Position numbers and translations under genes: made by a program. Below the pieces are notes generated by a model, which was not told the origin of the DNA, did no database searches, and saw only the letters and a list, made by a program, of their open reading frames with translations. From an uncultured Gammaproteobacteria bacterium (GTDB lineage: Bacteria; Pseudomonadota; Gammaproteobacteria; Eutrophobiales; Eutrophobiaceae), in the NCBI GenBank assembly GCA_951812995.1, contig CATOTD010000002.1, positions 707,468-771,467 of the forward strand: a stretch of DNA of 64,000 nt, given 5' to 3'. Position 1 is the first letter of the stretch, and every line of letters starts with the position of its first letter. This document shows, piece by piece, positions 31,146 to 42,338 of this stretch.

Positions 31146-33354
31146 TCAATCTTGCAAGCCATAACTTTCCCATAATTCCTTTGCCAATACATAAGCCTTT
31201 TTACGTTCTTCACGTGTCATGCGAGATTCTATCTCATCACGTAATGCTTCGGCTGGTTTGTATCCACTGGCAGCAACAATGCCTATCCATGCGTAGGCTT
31301 GAATAATATTTTTTTCGACAATGATGCCATCATAATACAATTTGCCCAGATGATATTGAGCCATTATATGTTTCCCCCGGGCTGCTTTGACAAACCATGT
31401 CAACGCGGCGGACGCATCTTGCGGCACACCTAATCCTTCTTGATACATATTCAGCAGGTTTTTTTGTGATTTTGCAAACCCTTGTTTTGCAGCCTTGCGA
31501 TACCATGCAATCGCCGCCGTGTAATCTGGAAGCCTCTAAAAACCGTGCATTTTGTGGTACGATCTGATTCACTTGATGTGGGAGGATTTTGTTTATGCAC
31601 GCACCTGGATTGTTTGATTTGACGGATCATTTGGCGCGGCTTTCGGCGATGGAATATCCGCTTGAGGTTTTGGAGCGGCACGTTGATTTCGAAGTGTTTC
31701 GCCCAGTTCTTGTTGAAGCACTTGGCTATGGGGAACGTCCCAAAGGTGGTCGCCCACCCTATGATGCCGTTGTGATGTTCAAGGTGCTGGTGTTGGCCTC
31801 GATGCACAATCTGAGTGATGAGCGGATGGAGTTTCTCATTCGTGACCGTTTCAGTTGGCTGCGGTTCCTGGGATTTCAAATCGGGGAGCCGACACCTGAT
31901 CAGAAGACGATCTGGCTTTTCAGAGAGAAGCTGACCTAGGCGGGTGTCTTCAAGGCCCTGTTTGCCGCGTTTGAAGCTCAGCTGTGCGCGCGGGGATACA
32001 AACCGACCGGCGGTCAGATTATGGATGCCACGTTGGTCTTTGCCCCGCGCCAGCGGATGACGAAAGAAGAGAAAGCGCGCGCCAAGGCAGGTGAGGCCGC
32101 ATCTGACATCTGGCCCGATGATCTGTCCAAGGCAGCGCAGAAAGACACCGATGCACGTTGGACGGTCAAGTATTCAAAGGCCAAGACGACCAAGGAGGGT
32201 GAGGAGGATACTGGCCTTGTCGATATTTCGGTTCCGCACTTTGGGTACAAGAACCACGTGTCCATTGATCGCAAATGGCGCTTCATCCGGGGTGAGACTG
32301 GCACGAATGCGGCTCGCTACGACGGGCATGAACTGTCCTCGGTTCTGGACGAGACAAACAGCTCGAAGGCAGTTTGGGCCTATACCAGGTACCGCTCGGC
32401 CAGGAATGAGGCTTGGCTGAAGGCGCAAGGGTACCGCTCACATATCCATCGCAAGAAGCCACGCGGCAAACCCATGGCCAGGCATATTCGTCGGGGCAAC
32501 GCGACACGCTCCGCCATCCGCGCCTGTGTTCGGCTACGAGAAAGGGCCCATGGCTCTGACCATCCGCTCAATCGGCCAAACCCGTGCGAAGGCCCGCATG
32601 ACAATGGCCAACCTGAGCTACAACTTCCGCCGTCTGATTTTCCACGAGCGACGACAGGCCACAGCCTGACTCCGCCCAAATTCCGGAAATACCCGCCCTG
32701 GCAGACCCAAACAGCGCAACACAGCCTCAAATACCACCGACCTTGACCTTCACACCCGCTATGCGGGTGACAACGACTGGTGCTCGCGTCAAAATCCATC
32801 CAGAATCAGCTTTGTTCGAGGTCTCCATCTTGACTGATGCCGAGATTATTTTCATACATAACACCTAGGTCATGTTGCGCACTCGCCGTACCTTTATCTG
32901 CGGCCTTGCGATACCATTTGGCGGCCTCTTTATAATCTTGTTTAACACCAATGCCTTCATGAAACATATACGCTAAATTTGCTTCGGCCTCAGCATTGCC
33001 CTGTACGGCAGCATTGCGCGCCCACTTCAGTGCCAACCAATAGTCTCGCTTAACGCCAAAACCGAGAATATATAACTGTGCCAATCTTATCTGCGACTCT
33101 GCAACACCTTGTTCTGCGGCCTTTTGAAACCAGCTTGCAGCTTGCGTATAATCCCGTTCAACACCCAGGCCTCTTTCATACATTAAGCCAAGATAGTTTT
33201 GCGCGCGACTATTGCCGGCCTTTGCCAACGGTGTAAATTGAGCCCATGCTGTTTTATATTCATGCGCATTATAGGCCTCAACAGCAAGGTCAAATTCAGA
33301 TTGCCCGCAGGCAGACAACATCACCAGCAAAAATATTAAGCCATTTTTTTTCAT
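31146..33354 (-). pseudogene. Sel1-repeat lipoprotein gene split by IS5-family copy C (N-part 32827-33354, C-part 31146-31527)
   Basis: N-part has a lipoprotein signal MKKNGLIFLLVMLSAC and Sel1 repeats. Removing the IS and one copy of the 4-bp duplication ATCT restores the continuous Sel1 repeat ..GISQDYTAAIAWYRKAAKQG.. Confidence 0.85.
31528..32826 (+). mobile_element. IS5-family (ISL2-like) element copy C with a 4-bp target-site duplication ATCT (31524-31527 and 32827-32830)
   Basis: Ends GGAAGCC...GGTCTCC; ORFs 31589-31939 and 32021-32746; in-frame TAG and C-terminal frameshift. Confidence 0.9.
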
Positions 33355-33676
33355 TGGATATAAAAATACGACATCCTGTTAAATAAATGTGTCCTGTTGA
33401 GAGCAAGTCCAACAACAATTTTAAGATGTCGCCTGTCATGTTGTTAAGTGCCCGCTAGCATCCAGACTTGCGTGAGATCGCGCATAATGTATTTGTATTG
33501 TAGCGAATATCGAAAAAAACGATATGAACTTTGCGGCCTGGTTTACGGGCTAGCTTGTGGTCTGGCGACGCAGGCATAATAATGCTGAAACTGGTAAAAT
33601 GAGCGGGCATTGGCAGCTTGATGTTTTAATAATTGTTAATATTGCAACCAGGTTCATAAATCATTACAGGACTACC

Positions 33677-34300
33677 GTGTCGATATTTAGTGTAAAAAAT
33701 CTTGAATGTATTCGTCGCGACAAGGTTTTATTTCAAGGATTGGACTTCATGCTTGAAGATGGTGATCTGCTCCAGATTGATGGCATCAATGGCAGCGGCA
33801 AAAGCACGCTGTTGCAATTATGTGTTGGGCTGATACGGGCAACGACTGGCACTATCTTTTGGAACGCTGAAAACATTATTGACTGCCGCTATCAATTTCA
33901 ATCAAACATCAGTTATATTGGACATGCTGATGGCATCAAAGCCGATTTGACAGTACAAGAAAATATAACACTCATGCACAGCTTATCTGGCAGCCCGGCA
34001 GCCGTTGATTATCCATCCATACTGAAACTAATTGGCGTTGCAGGAACAGAAAAAGTGTTCGTAAAGCGACTATCTGCCGGTCAAAGGCGGCGTATTGGTT
34101 TAGCACGTCTTTTTATGACACCGGCAAAATTATGGTTGCTTGATGAACCCTTTAATACACTCGACAAATATGGAAAGACAATCATTGAACAGTTAATCGT
34201 CCAACACTGCGCTACCGGCGGCATGGTAATTTTTGCGGCGCACCAGTTGCTGGAAATGGCTGACTACACATTGCAACATATTCATCTAGGTCATCATTGA
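33677..34300 (+). CDS. ccmA: Cytochrome c biogenesis haem exporter ATP-binding protein CcmA
   Basis: Walker A GINGSGKSTLL; CcmA-like N-terminus from a GTG at 33677 preceded by AGGA. The long ORF from 33557 is probably an over-extension. Confidence 0.8.
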   Translation: MSIFSVKNLECIRRDKVLFQGLDFMLEDGDLLQIDGINGSGKSTLLQLCVGLIRATTGTIFWNAENIIDCRYQFQSNISYIGHADGIKADLTVQENITLMHSLSGSPAAVDYPSILKLIGVAGTEKVFVKRLSAGQRRRIGLARLFMTPAKLWLLDEPFNTLDKYGKTIIEQLIVQHCATGGMVIFAAHQLLEMADYTLQHIHLGHH

Positions 34301-34310
34301 TTATCTTATA

Positions 34311-34985
34311 ATGCGTGCATATCTGAATATTTTTTTTGTCATTGTGCGACGTGATTTGCTATTGGCCTTTCGCAACAAGGCAGAATGGACTAACCCGTTA
34401 TTGTTTTTTATTATTGTTATTATGCTGTTCCCGCTGGCTTTTGGATCGGATCCAACCTTATTAAAACAACTCACCGCAAGTATAATATGGGTGGCGGCAT
34501 TACTTTCAACCTGCCTGTCACTCGAAACTATTTTCCGCACAGATTTTGAAGACGGGTCTATTGAACAGTTTATTCTGTCGCGATATCCATTGCTATTGAC
34601 TGTCAATGCGAAAATTCTGGCACACTGGATAAGCGCCGGGATCCCGTTAATACTCATCGCCTTAGTCACAGGTTTTGTCCTGTCGCTATCCAACCAGACC
34701 ATGTTTGCACTTTGCACCACCCTCCTGCTTGGTACACCAATATTGAGCTTGATAGGGGCCATTACCGCTGCCTTAACAATCGGTCTGCGCGGCGGTATGT
34801 TACTAAGCCTGCTGATTTTACCTTTGTACATACCGGTGCTTATATTTTCCATGCTGGCAATTCAAAATGCCACTGTCGGTCAAAGTATCACTGCGGAAAT
34901 TTATTTTCTGGCGGGCATACTCGTACTTGCGCTCACGCTCGCACCCATAGCGACTTCAGTGGCATTACGAATCAGGTTGAGTTAA
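34311..34985 (+). CDS. ccmB: Haem exporter permease CcmB
   Basis: 224 aa, six TM helices, CcmB family. Confidence 0.9.
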   Translation: MRAYLNIFFVIVRRDLLLAFRNKAEWTNPLLFFIIVIMLFPLAFGSDPTLLKQLTASIIWVAALLSTCLSLETIFRTDFEDGSIEQFILSRYPLLLTVNAKILAHWISAGIPLILIALVTGFVLSLSNQTMFALCTTLLLGTPILSLIGAITAALTIGLRGGMLLSLLILPLYIPVLIFSMLAIQNATVGQSITAEIYFLAGILVLALTLAPIATSVALRIRLS

Positions 34986-35743
34986 TGAATATGCCACGTT
35001 GGATGCATCAATTTGCTTCGCTGAAGTATTTCTATACATTGTCCCGCTGGTTGCCACGCTGGCTTGCGCTTGCCTGCCTGGTCTGCTTTATCAGCGGTCT
35101 TTATGGCGGGCTGATATTGGCCCCGGCAGACTATCAACAAGGCGACAGCTTCAGGATCATATATATTCATGTCCCCTCTGCCTGGTTATCACTCTTCATC
35201 TACATGATCATGGCAACAGCGGGCGGTATAGGACTTATCTGGCGCATCAAAATTGCAGAAATCATTGCCCGTAGTAGCGCACCGATTGGCGCATCATTTA
35301 CTTTTTTGGCTTTGGTCACGGGGGCAATTTGGGGTAAACCCATGTGGGGTACCTGGTGGGTTTGGGATGCGCGACTAACCTCAGAGTTGATCTTATTGTT
35401 TTTATATTTGGGCTACATCGCTTTACAATCGGCCTTTGAAGATCGGCGGGTTGCGGCACAGGCGGGCGCGATCCTGGCATTGGTGGGTGTTGTTAATATC
35501 CCTATCATCCATTATTCAGTCGAATGGTGGAATACCCTGCATCAAGGGCCTACCTTAACCAAGTTCGATAAACCTTCAATCCATTTGAGCATGTTAATAC
35601 CACTATTATTAATGCTACTAGGATTCAAAACTTTTTATCTAGCAACGCTTCTAATCAGAGTCCGCAGTGAAATACTGGAATATGAGTGTAACAGTGCATG
35701 GGTCAGGGAATTAATCAAAGGCATCAACAATGACGTTAAATGA
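34985..35743 (+). CDS. ccmC: Haem exporter protein CcmC
   Basis: Start at MNMPRW; CcmC WGxxWxWD motif (WGTWWVWDARLT). Confidence 0.9.
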   Translation: MNMPRWMHQFASLKYFYTLSRWLPRWLALACLVCFISGLYGGLILAPADYQQGDSFRIIYIHVPSAWLSLFIYMIMATAGGIGLIWRIKIAEIIARSSAPIGASFTFLALVTGAIWGKPMWGTWWVWDARLTSELILLFLYLGYIALQSAFEDRRVAAQAGAILALVGVVNIPIIHYSVEWWNTLHQGPTLTKFDKPSIHLSMLIPLLLMLLGFKTFYLATLLIRVRSEILEYECNSAWVRELIKGINNDVK

Positions 35744-35909
35744 ATTTATTGCTATGGGTGGGTACGGCCTTTATGTCTGGTCGTCATACAGCATCTGTGT
35801 TGTCGTATTACTCATCAACATGATCCAGCCGATTATGAGAGAACGTAAAACCATTGCTGAACTAAAAAAGCGCTTTCAATCCCAACAAGATAATAGTGCA
35901 GGCAATTAA
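35730..35909 (+). CDS. ccmD: Haem exporter protein CcmD
   Basis: 59-aa ORF below the ORF-track size cutoff (MTLNEFIAMGGYGLYVWSSYSICVVVLLINMIQPIMRERKTIAELKKRFQ..); single TM helix; overlaps ccmC end and precedes ccmE. Confidence 0.8.
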   Translation: MTLNEFIAMGGYGLYVWSSYSICVVVLLINMIQPIMRERKTIAELKKRFQSQQDNSAGN

Positions 35910-35911
35910 TC

Positions 35912-36370
35912 ATGTCGCCGAGAAGAAAGCGGATTGCCGCTGTTTGTTCAATACTTGCCGGCATGACGCTCGCTACAACATTGATACTGACCGCCTTTGA
36001 AAAAAACTTATTGTACTTTTACAGCCCGACCCAGATAGCCAATGGTGAAGCACCCACTACCCGATCCTTTCGCATCGGCGGCCTGGTCATGGCCGATAGT
36101 GTCAAGCGCAATAATGACAGCCTGGAAGTCAGCTTTACGCTCACCGACACGATCCACCAGATAGACGTTGTCTACAACGGTATACTGCCGGATCTTTTTC
36201 GCGAAGGCCAAGGCATTGTTGCCAATGGCAAGCTCGAAAGCGACAAGCACTTCAAAGCCGATGAAGTCTTGGCAAAACATGATGAGAATTACATGCCGCC
36301 AGAAGTTGCGCTTGCGTTAGAAGCAGCCAATGCGAAGATGCCGCAACAAAAATACAAAACCGCACGATGA
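35912..36370 (+). CDS. ccmE: Cytochrome c-type biogenesis haem chaperone CcmE
   Basis: 152 aa; N-terminal membrane anchor; FRIGGLV motif; the ...HDENYMPPE region matches the expected position of the haem-binding His. Confidence 0.9.
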   Translation: MSPRRKRIAAVCSILAGMTLATTLILTAFEKNLLYFYSPTQIANGEAPTTRSFRIGGLVMADSVKRNNDSLEVSFTLTDTIHQIDVVYNGILPDLFREGQGIVANGKLESDKHFKADEVLAKHDENYMPPEVALALEAANAKMPQQKYKTAR

Positions 36371-38361
36371 TTCCTGAACTTGGTAATTTTTCCCTCATCC
36401 TGGCACTAGCCATGGCTATCATCCAGACTCTGTTCCCTATTACAGGGGCTGCGAATGGCAATCTGGCATGGATGTCGCTCGCGCGACCGGCAGCATGGTT
36501 GCAATTTTTATTTGTTACCCTCTCTTTTATTATCCTGATCTATTTATTTTTAACGAATGATTTCTCTGTCTCCTATGTCGCTCAAAACTCAAATTCGTTA
36601 CTGCCCGCCATTTATCGATTCTCCGCAGTCTGGGGTGCGCACGAAGGTTCATTGTTACTCTGGGTGTTCATACTGAGTCTATGGACGGTCGCCGTCAGTT
36701 TTTACAGTAAGCGATTGCCACTTTATTTTCTTGCGCGTGTCATTGGTGTTATGGGCTCGGTCAGTGTCGGATTCTTGCTGTTTATGTTATTCACCTCAAA
36801 TCCATTCGATCGCCTGTTGCCGACACCAGCAGACGGTAGCGATCTGAATCCTTTATTACAAGATCCAGGGCTCATTATCCATCCGCCTATGTTATACATG
36901 GGTTATGTTGGTTTTTCTGTCGCGTTCGGCTTTGCCATTGCGGCACTTTTAGGCGGCAACCTTGATACAAACTGGGCACGCTGGTCAAGACCCTGGACAC
37001 TCTTGGCCTGGCTATTTTTAACATTGGGCATTGCTTTGGGTAGCTGGTGGGCTTATTACGAATTAGGCTGGGGTGGTTGGTGGTTTTGGGATCCCGTAGA
37101 GAACGCATCATTTATGCCCTGGTTGATCGGCACGGCATTGATCCACTCGTTTGCCGCAACAGAAAAACGCGATGTCTTTAAAAACTGGACTATCTTACTG
37201 GCTATCTGCGTCTTTGCGCTTAGCTTACTCGGCACCTTTCTGGTGCGTTCTGGCGTATTAACATCAGTACATGCCTTTGCCACCGATCCTGAACGCGGCA
37301 TATTTATACTGGTATTGCTCGGCTTTTTCGTCGGCGGCTCATTGTTGCTCTATGCCCTACGCGCACCAACAACAACAAGAAGCGGCCAATTCAAGTTGTG
37401 CTCACGAGAAACATTTTTATTATTCAACAGCGTCTTGTTATTAGTTGCCATGTTGACCGTATTGCTCGGAACACTCTATCCGCTGATTGCAGAGACGATC
37501 GGTGTCGGCAAATTATCGGTTGGCGCACCCTACTTTAATGCCGTCTTTATTCCGATCATGATGCCAATTATCATTATGATTGGAATCGGTGCTATCGTGC
37601 GCTGGAGACAAGATGATGCTGTGCGTGTCTGGAAACAGTTGCGTATTTTATTTGTCGGCAGTATCTGCATTGGTACTGCTTTGGGAATACTATTTTTTGA
37701 TGATCATTTATTCAGAACCAGTGTCGGCATAGTGGCTGCATTGTGGGTATTGACTACCAGTTGTTCAGCATTGTTGGCAAGGATAAAACAGCATCAACAC
37801 AAACTACTGGCACTACGCATGATTCCGCGTGGTTTTTATGGCATGACGATTGCCCATATTGGTTTTGCAGTAACGATTATCGGGATCACGATCACGAGCC
37901 AACACAGTGTTGATATTCATCAACGCATGGCACCTGGCGACAGCATTGAGTTTGCCGATTATAGTTTTCAACTAGAAGCATTGCGCCCCGTATCAGGGCC
38001 AAATTTTCAGGCAACAGAAGCCGTTGTCAAGGTCATGAAAAACGGCATATACATCACCAAGCTGCGTTCACAAAAAAGAATCTATAGCGTACGCAATATG
38101 CCTATGACCGAGGCCGGTATTCATTCAAACCTGGTGCGCGATATTTATATTTCGCTGGGCGAACCACTAGAAAATAATGCGTGGAGTATACGTCTTTACC
38201 ATAAACCATTTGTGCGCTGGATCTGGTTAGGTGCGATCTTTATGGCCATAGGCGGTTTATTGGCTGCAACTGACAGACGTTATCGGTTTAACATACAACA
38301 TCAAAAAACGGTGTCTTTGCCAAGATCATCAGGGTCGCCCGTGTCGGCAAACATAAAATGA
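36367..38361 (+). CDS. ccmF: Cytochrome c haem lyase subunit CcmF
   Basis: 664 aa polytopic membrane protein with the WGGWWFWDPVEN tryptophan-rich motif. Confidence 0.95.
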   Translation: MIPELGNFSLILALAMAIIQTLFPITGAANGNLAWMSLARPAAWLQFLFVTLSFIILIYLFLTNDFSVSYVAQNSNSLLPAIYRFSAVWGAHEGSLLLWVFILSLWTVAVSFYSKRLPLYFLARVIGVMGSVSVGFLLFMLFTSNPFDRLLPTPADGSDLNPLLQDPGLIIHPPMLYMGYVGFSVAFGFAIAALLGGNLDTNWARWSRPWTLLAWLFLTLGIALGSWWAYYELGWGGWWFWDPVENASFMPWLIGTALIHSFAATEKRDVFKNWTILLAICVFALSLLGTFLVRSGVLTSVHAFATDPERGIFILVLLGFFVGGSLLLYALRAPTTTRSGQFKLCSRETFLLFNSVLLLVAMLTVLLGTLYPLIAETIGVGKLSVGAPYFNAVFIPIMMPIIIMIGIGAIVRWRQDDAVRVWKQLRILFVGSICIGTALGILFFDDHLFRTSVGIVAALWVLTTSCSALLARIKQHQHKLLALRMIPRGFYGMTIAHIGFAVTIIGITITSQHSVDIHQRMAPGDSIEFADYSFQLEALRPVSGPNFQATEAVVKVMKNGIYITKLRSQKRIYSVRNMPMTEAGIHSNLVRDIYISLGEPLENNAWSIRLYHKPFVRWIWLGAIFMAIGGLLAATDRRYRFNIQHQKTVSLPRSSGSPVSANIK

Positions 38362-38891
38362 TCCGTTATTTATTACCGTTAGGGTTGTTCATAGGCCTAA
38401 TCATACTCTTTGTTTTTGGTCTACAAAATGATCCTCGGCGCGTGCCGTCTCCACTCATAGGCAAACCTGCACCCATATTCAATCTGCCCACATTAGAATC
38501 CGCCGATGTTAAATTGCGGCTGGATGATTTAAAAGGCAAAGTGTCCTTAATCAATGTCTGGGCCTCATGGTGTGCCGCCTGTCGTATAGAGCATCCCTTA
38601 CTGATAGACGCGGCAAACAAGAACGCATTAAATCTATACGGGCTGAATTACAAAGATAAACGTGAAGATGCCAGGCGCTGGTTACATCAATTAGGCGATC
38701 CTTATATTAAAAGTGCCTTTGATCAAAGCGGCAAAACCGGTATTGATTATGGTGTCTATGGCGTACCGGAAACCTTTGTGCTGGATGATGCGGGCATCAT
38801 TCGTTATAAACATATTGGCCCACTCAGTAAACAAGACATGGATGACATAATATTGCCGTTGATAAAGCAGCTTGAAGCCACTGCCTCATGA
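38358..38891 (+). CDS. ccmG: Thiol:disulfide interchange protein CcmG/DsbE
   Basis: Thioredoxin motif WASWCAACRIEHP; N-terminal anchor. Confidence 0.9.
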   Translation: MIRYLLPLGLFIGLIILFVFGLQNDPRRVPSPLIGKPAPIFNLPTLESADVKLRLDDLKGKVSLINVWASWCAACRIEHPLLIDAANKNALNLYGLNYKDKREDARRWLHQLGDPYIKSAFDQSGKTGIDYGVYGVPETFVLDDAGIIRYKHIGPLSKQDMDDIILPLIKQLEATAS

Positions 38892-39373
38892 CAACATTCA
38901 TTCGTTATGGTCTGATTATACTACTGCTGTTGGTAGGCAAGCCGGTTATTGCTGCTGATAGCCCGGTAGCATTTACTAACCCGCTGCTACAAGAGCGATA
39001 CTATGCACTGATCGGCGAGATTCGTTGTCTTGTTTGCCAAAACCAATCGTTGGCCGACTCACATGCAGATCTGGCACAGGATCTGCGTCTTGAAATTTAT
39101 CAAATGCTGTTAGCCGGTGCGCAGGATGAACAGATTATTGCATTTCTGGTTGAACGCTATGGTGACTTTGTACTGTATCGTCCACCACTGACAAAAAGCA
39201 CCTGGCCGCTTTGGTTTGGTCCTTTTTTATTATTGCTGTTCGGCACTGTCATCGCCATCATTATGATTAAAAAATACGGCACAGATAAGGCCACTAATAC
39301 CAAACTGACTGAATCACAACAACAACGTTTGACTACAATACTAACCGAAGACAGTACTCAGGAGAGATCATAG
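38888..39373 (+). CDS. ccmH: Cytochrome c-type biogenesis protein CcmH
   Basis: LRCLVCQNQSLADS motif; C-terminal TM helix. Confidence 0.9.
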   Translation: MTTFIRYGLIILLLLVGKPVIAADSPVAFTNPLLQERYYALIGEIRCLVCQNQSLADSHADLAQDLRLEIYQMLLAGAQDEQIIAFLVERYGDFVLYRPPLTKSTWPLWFGPFLLLLFGTVIAIIMIKKYGTDKATNTKLTESQQQRLTTILTEDSTQERS

Positions 39374-39375
39374 CC

Positions 39376-40266
39376 ATGCTTGAATTTTGGTTAATCGCAG
39401 GCCTGTTGCTGTTTATACCAATGATTGTAATCGTCAGCGTCTTACTCAAAAAACCAGACATCAGGCAAACGGAAGTACACGCTTTGGACAGCTACAATCA
39501 ACGTCTGCTTGAATTGGAAACCGATGTGACGAACGGATTGATAAACGACCGTGAAATTGAAAGCATAAAAAAAGAACTGCAACTATCAATACTGAATCAA
39601 GACAAGATTACTGATAAGCAGATTGGAAAGACTGTCAAGCGAAAAAAAACCATACTGACAGCGTGCATCGTGATTTTGTTATTGCCTGTATTTACCATCA
39701 GCTTATACCAACATCTAGGCAATCCGAGACTTATTCAGCAAGCAGCACTGCTTGATGCATTAAATACGGATGCAACGGATGCAACACAATCAGCCGCCAT
39801 AGAAAAGATGTTGGCAATGCTGGAAGAACATTTGATCTACAATGCAGATGATGTTGATGGCTGGCTAATGCTGACAAACGCATATATATCACTTGAACGC
39901 TATCTGGAAGCACTTGGCGCAATCAAAAACCTCTATCGTCTTAAAAGCAATGACCCTACCGTAATGCTACGTTATGCGGACATTTTGTCTGTCGTGAATA
40001 ACGGTGTCTTGCAAGGCAAACCCACCGAGCTGATTGATAAAGCGATGCAGATTGATCCAGAAAATAGTACTGGACTTTGGCTAGCAGGCCTTGCTGCGAT
40101 TCAGCGCGGAGAGATAAACAATGCCATCCGCTATTGGGAAAATCTGCTAGCCCGATTTGCAGGGGGTATGGAATCTAAAAAACAAATTCAAGATTATATT
40201 AAACTGGCGCGTGATCAATCCATTAATGCAGATCGTACCAACGACAATGGAACAAGCAGCGAATAA
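39376..40266 (+). CDS. ccmI: Cytochrome c-type biogenesis protein CcmI (CycH), TPR-containing
   Basis: N-terminal TM helices followed by TPR-like repeats; position directly after ccmH. Confidence 0.8.
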   Translation: MLEFWLIAGLLLFIPMIVIVSVLLKKPDIRQTEVHALDSYNQRLLELETDVTNGLINDREIESIKKELQLSILNQDKITDKQIGKTVKRKKTILTACIVILLLPVFTISLYQHLGNPRLIQQAALLDALNTDATDATQSAAIEKMLAMLEEHLIYNADDVDGWLMLTNAYISLERYLEALGAIKNLYRLKSNDPTVMLRYADILSVVNNGVLQGKPTELIDKAMQIDPENSTGLWLAGLAAIQRGEINNAIRYWENLLARFAGGMESKKQIQDYIKLARDQSINADRTNDNGTSSE

Positions 40267-40626
40267 AATCAAGATGGCTGTCGGCCTATCAGCATCATTA
40301 TTTAAGGCATCTAATGGCAAGGATATTGGCCAACACGTTATCACGCCATAATCAGGTTAAGCGTATTGCACGAATGACAAACAATGATCACCCCCAACCA
40401 GAATCGAACAATCTGAAAAGGATTGTCGCTTCAATACTAACGGATATAACTATCTCATGACTGCTTATAGGGATTAAGATGCGATCATAAAAAACTCACT
40501 GCAACGACTATATCCACAATCGCAGGCGTTGTTATCCTTAAATAATATTGCACCGCTAATTCATATTAACGATAATCGCCATTCTTTAAATACTGAACGC
40601 ATACATTAAGGTTAGTGCATAATTCT

Positions 40627-42291
40627 ATGGCTCAATATGTATACACCATGAACGGCGTTGGCAAGATCGTGCCGCCTAAACGCCAAATACTGAAAGACAT
40701 TCATCTCTCATTTTTCCCGGGTGCCAAGATTGGTGTTCTGGGTCTAAATGGTGCTGGCAAGTCTACATTACTCAAGATTATGGCGGGCATTGATACCGAT
40801 ATTATCGGTGAAGCTCGGCCTATGTCGTCCATAAAAATAGGCTACCTGCCACAAGAACCACAGCTTGATCCAAAGAAAGATGTACGCGGCAATGTTGAAG
40901 AAGGTCTACGCGAACCACTTGATGCCTTAGCCGAATTAGCCGAAGTTTACGCGGCTTATGCTGATGCTAATGCCGATTTCGATGCCTTGGCTAGCAAACA
41001 GGAACGGCTTGAAGGTATTGTAGCCGCCTGGGATGCAGAAAATCTGGAAAATACCCTGGAAATAGCAGCGGCAGCACTACGCTTGCCGCCTTGGGATGCT
41101 ACAATTGACACATTGTCAGGCGGTGAAAAACGGCGTGTTGCGCTTTGTCGTTTGCTACTGTCCCGCCCTGATATGCTGTTATTAGACGAACCCACGAACC
41201 ACCTTGACGCAGAATCTGTTTATTGGTTGGAACGCTTTCTTGCAGATTTTGCTGGCACTGTTGTCGCCGTAACCCATGATCGCTATTTTCTCGATAACGT
41301 TGCCGGGTGGATATTAGAACTCGATCGAGGTGCAGGTATTCCGTTTGAGGGTAATTATTCAGAATGGTTGGAAAACAAGGAACAACGTCTCCAATCTGAA
41401 GAAAAGGCTGGATCTGCAAGACAAAAAGCCATGGCACAAGAACTCAAATGGATCCGCACAGCACCGAAGGGACGTCATGCAAAGAGCAAGGCACGGCTCA
41501 GTCGTTTTGAAGAGATGAACACACAGGAATTTCAAAAGCGTAATGAGACAAATGAAATTTACATTCCGCCTGGTGAGCGCTTAGGTGATGTTGTGATTGC
41601 GTTAAATAATGTCAGTAAAAAGTTTAATGACCACATCCTGTATGAAAACCTGAGCCTCAATATCCCCAAGGGCTCTGTTGTTGGCATGATTGGTGCTAAC
41701 GGTGTCGGCAAATCTACCCTCTTGCGCATGATAGCCGGGATGGAGCAAGCTGATAGTGGCGAAATACGGCTGGGTGATACCGTAAAAGTCGCCTATGTGG
41801 AACAAAGCCGCGAAAGTCTGGATGATAAGAAAACAGTTTGGGAAGCGATCACAGATGGCCTTGACAATATTACCATTGGCAAGTATGTCATCAATTCTAG
41901 GGCCTACGTCGGACGCTTTAATTTTAAAGGCACCGACCAGCAAAAATACGTGGGCGATCTGTCAGGTGGTGAACGCGGTCGATTACATTTGGCGCACACC
42001 TTAAAACAGGGGGCTAATGTCTTGTTGCTTGATGAACCTTCCAATGATCTTGATATAGAAACCTTGCGGGTCCTGGAAGAAGCCATACTAGCCTATCCTG
42101 GCTGTGTGCTTGTCATATCACACGACCGTTGGTTTCTAGATCGTATTGCCAGCCATATTCTTGCCTTTGAAGACGATGGCGAAGTCATTTTTCAAGCAGG
42201 TAATTTCAGTGAATATCATCAGGATTTTTTCAATCGTAGGGGCACTGATTCACAACCGCAGCGCATGAAATATAAGCGCTTAAAGACTTGA
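40627..42291 (+). CDS. ettA: Energy-dependent translational throttle protein EttA (ABC-F ATPase)
   Basis: Near-collinear with E. coli EttA from MAQYVYTMNGV; two ABC cassettes (GLNGAGKST, GANGVGKST); ends KYKRLKT. Confidence 0.95.
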   Translation: MAQYVYTMNGVGKIVPPKRQILKDIHLSFFPGAKIGVLGLNGAGKSTLLKIMAGIDTDIIGEARPMSSIKIGYLPQEPQLDPKKDVRGNVEEGLREPLDALAELAEVYAAYADANADFDALASKQERLEGIVAAWDAENLENTLEIAAAALRLPPWDATIDTLSGGEKRRVALCRLLLSRPDMLLLDEPTNHLDAESVYWLERFLADFAGTVVAVTHDRYFLDNVAGWILELDRGAGIPFEGNYSEWLENKEQRLQSEEKAGSARQKAMAQELKWIRTAPKGRHAKSKARLSRFEEMNTQEFQKRNETNEIYIPPGERLGDVVIALNNVSKKFNDHILYENLSLNIPKGSVVGMIGANGVGKSTLLRMIAGMEQADSGEIRLGDTVKVAYVEQSRESLDDKKTVWEAITDGLDNITIGKYVINSRAYVGRFNFKGTDQQKYVGDLSGGERGRLHLAHTLKQGANVLLLDEPSNDLDIETLRVLEEAILAYPGCVLVISHDRWFLDRIASHILAFEDDGEVIFQAGNFSEYHQDFFNRRGTDSQPQRMKYKRLKT

Positions 42292-42338
42292 TACAGGAAG
42301 TCATACCGCTAATTGTACCGCTATATTGAAAACATACG

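Noticed and set aside
33557-33676. Long N-terminal extension of ccmA from the GTG at 33557
   Set aside because: CcmA proteins begin near the SIFSVKNLEC region. The GTG at 33677 has an AGGA Shine-Dalgarno, and the extension has no homology.
34712-35743. 343-aa ORF overlapping ccmB
   Set aside because: The N-terminal 91 codons are a spurious extension inside ccmB in another frame; genuine ccmC starts at MNMPRW (34985).
40267-40614. Possible ncRNA or tRNA in the 350-bp ccmI–ettA spacer
   Set aside because: No cloverleaf-compatible or conserved structural motif recognisable by eye; AT-rich promoter-like sequence only.
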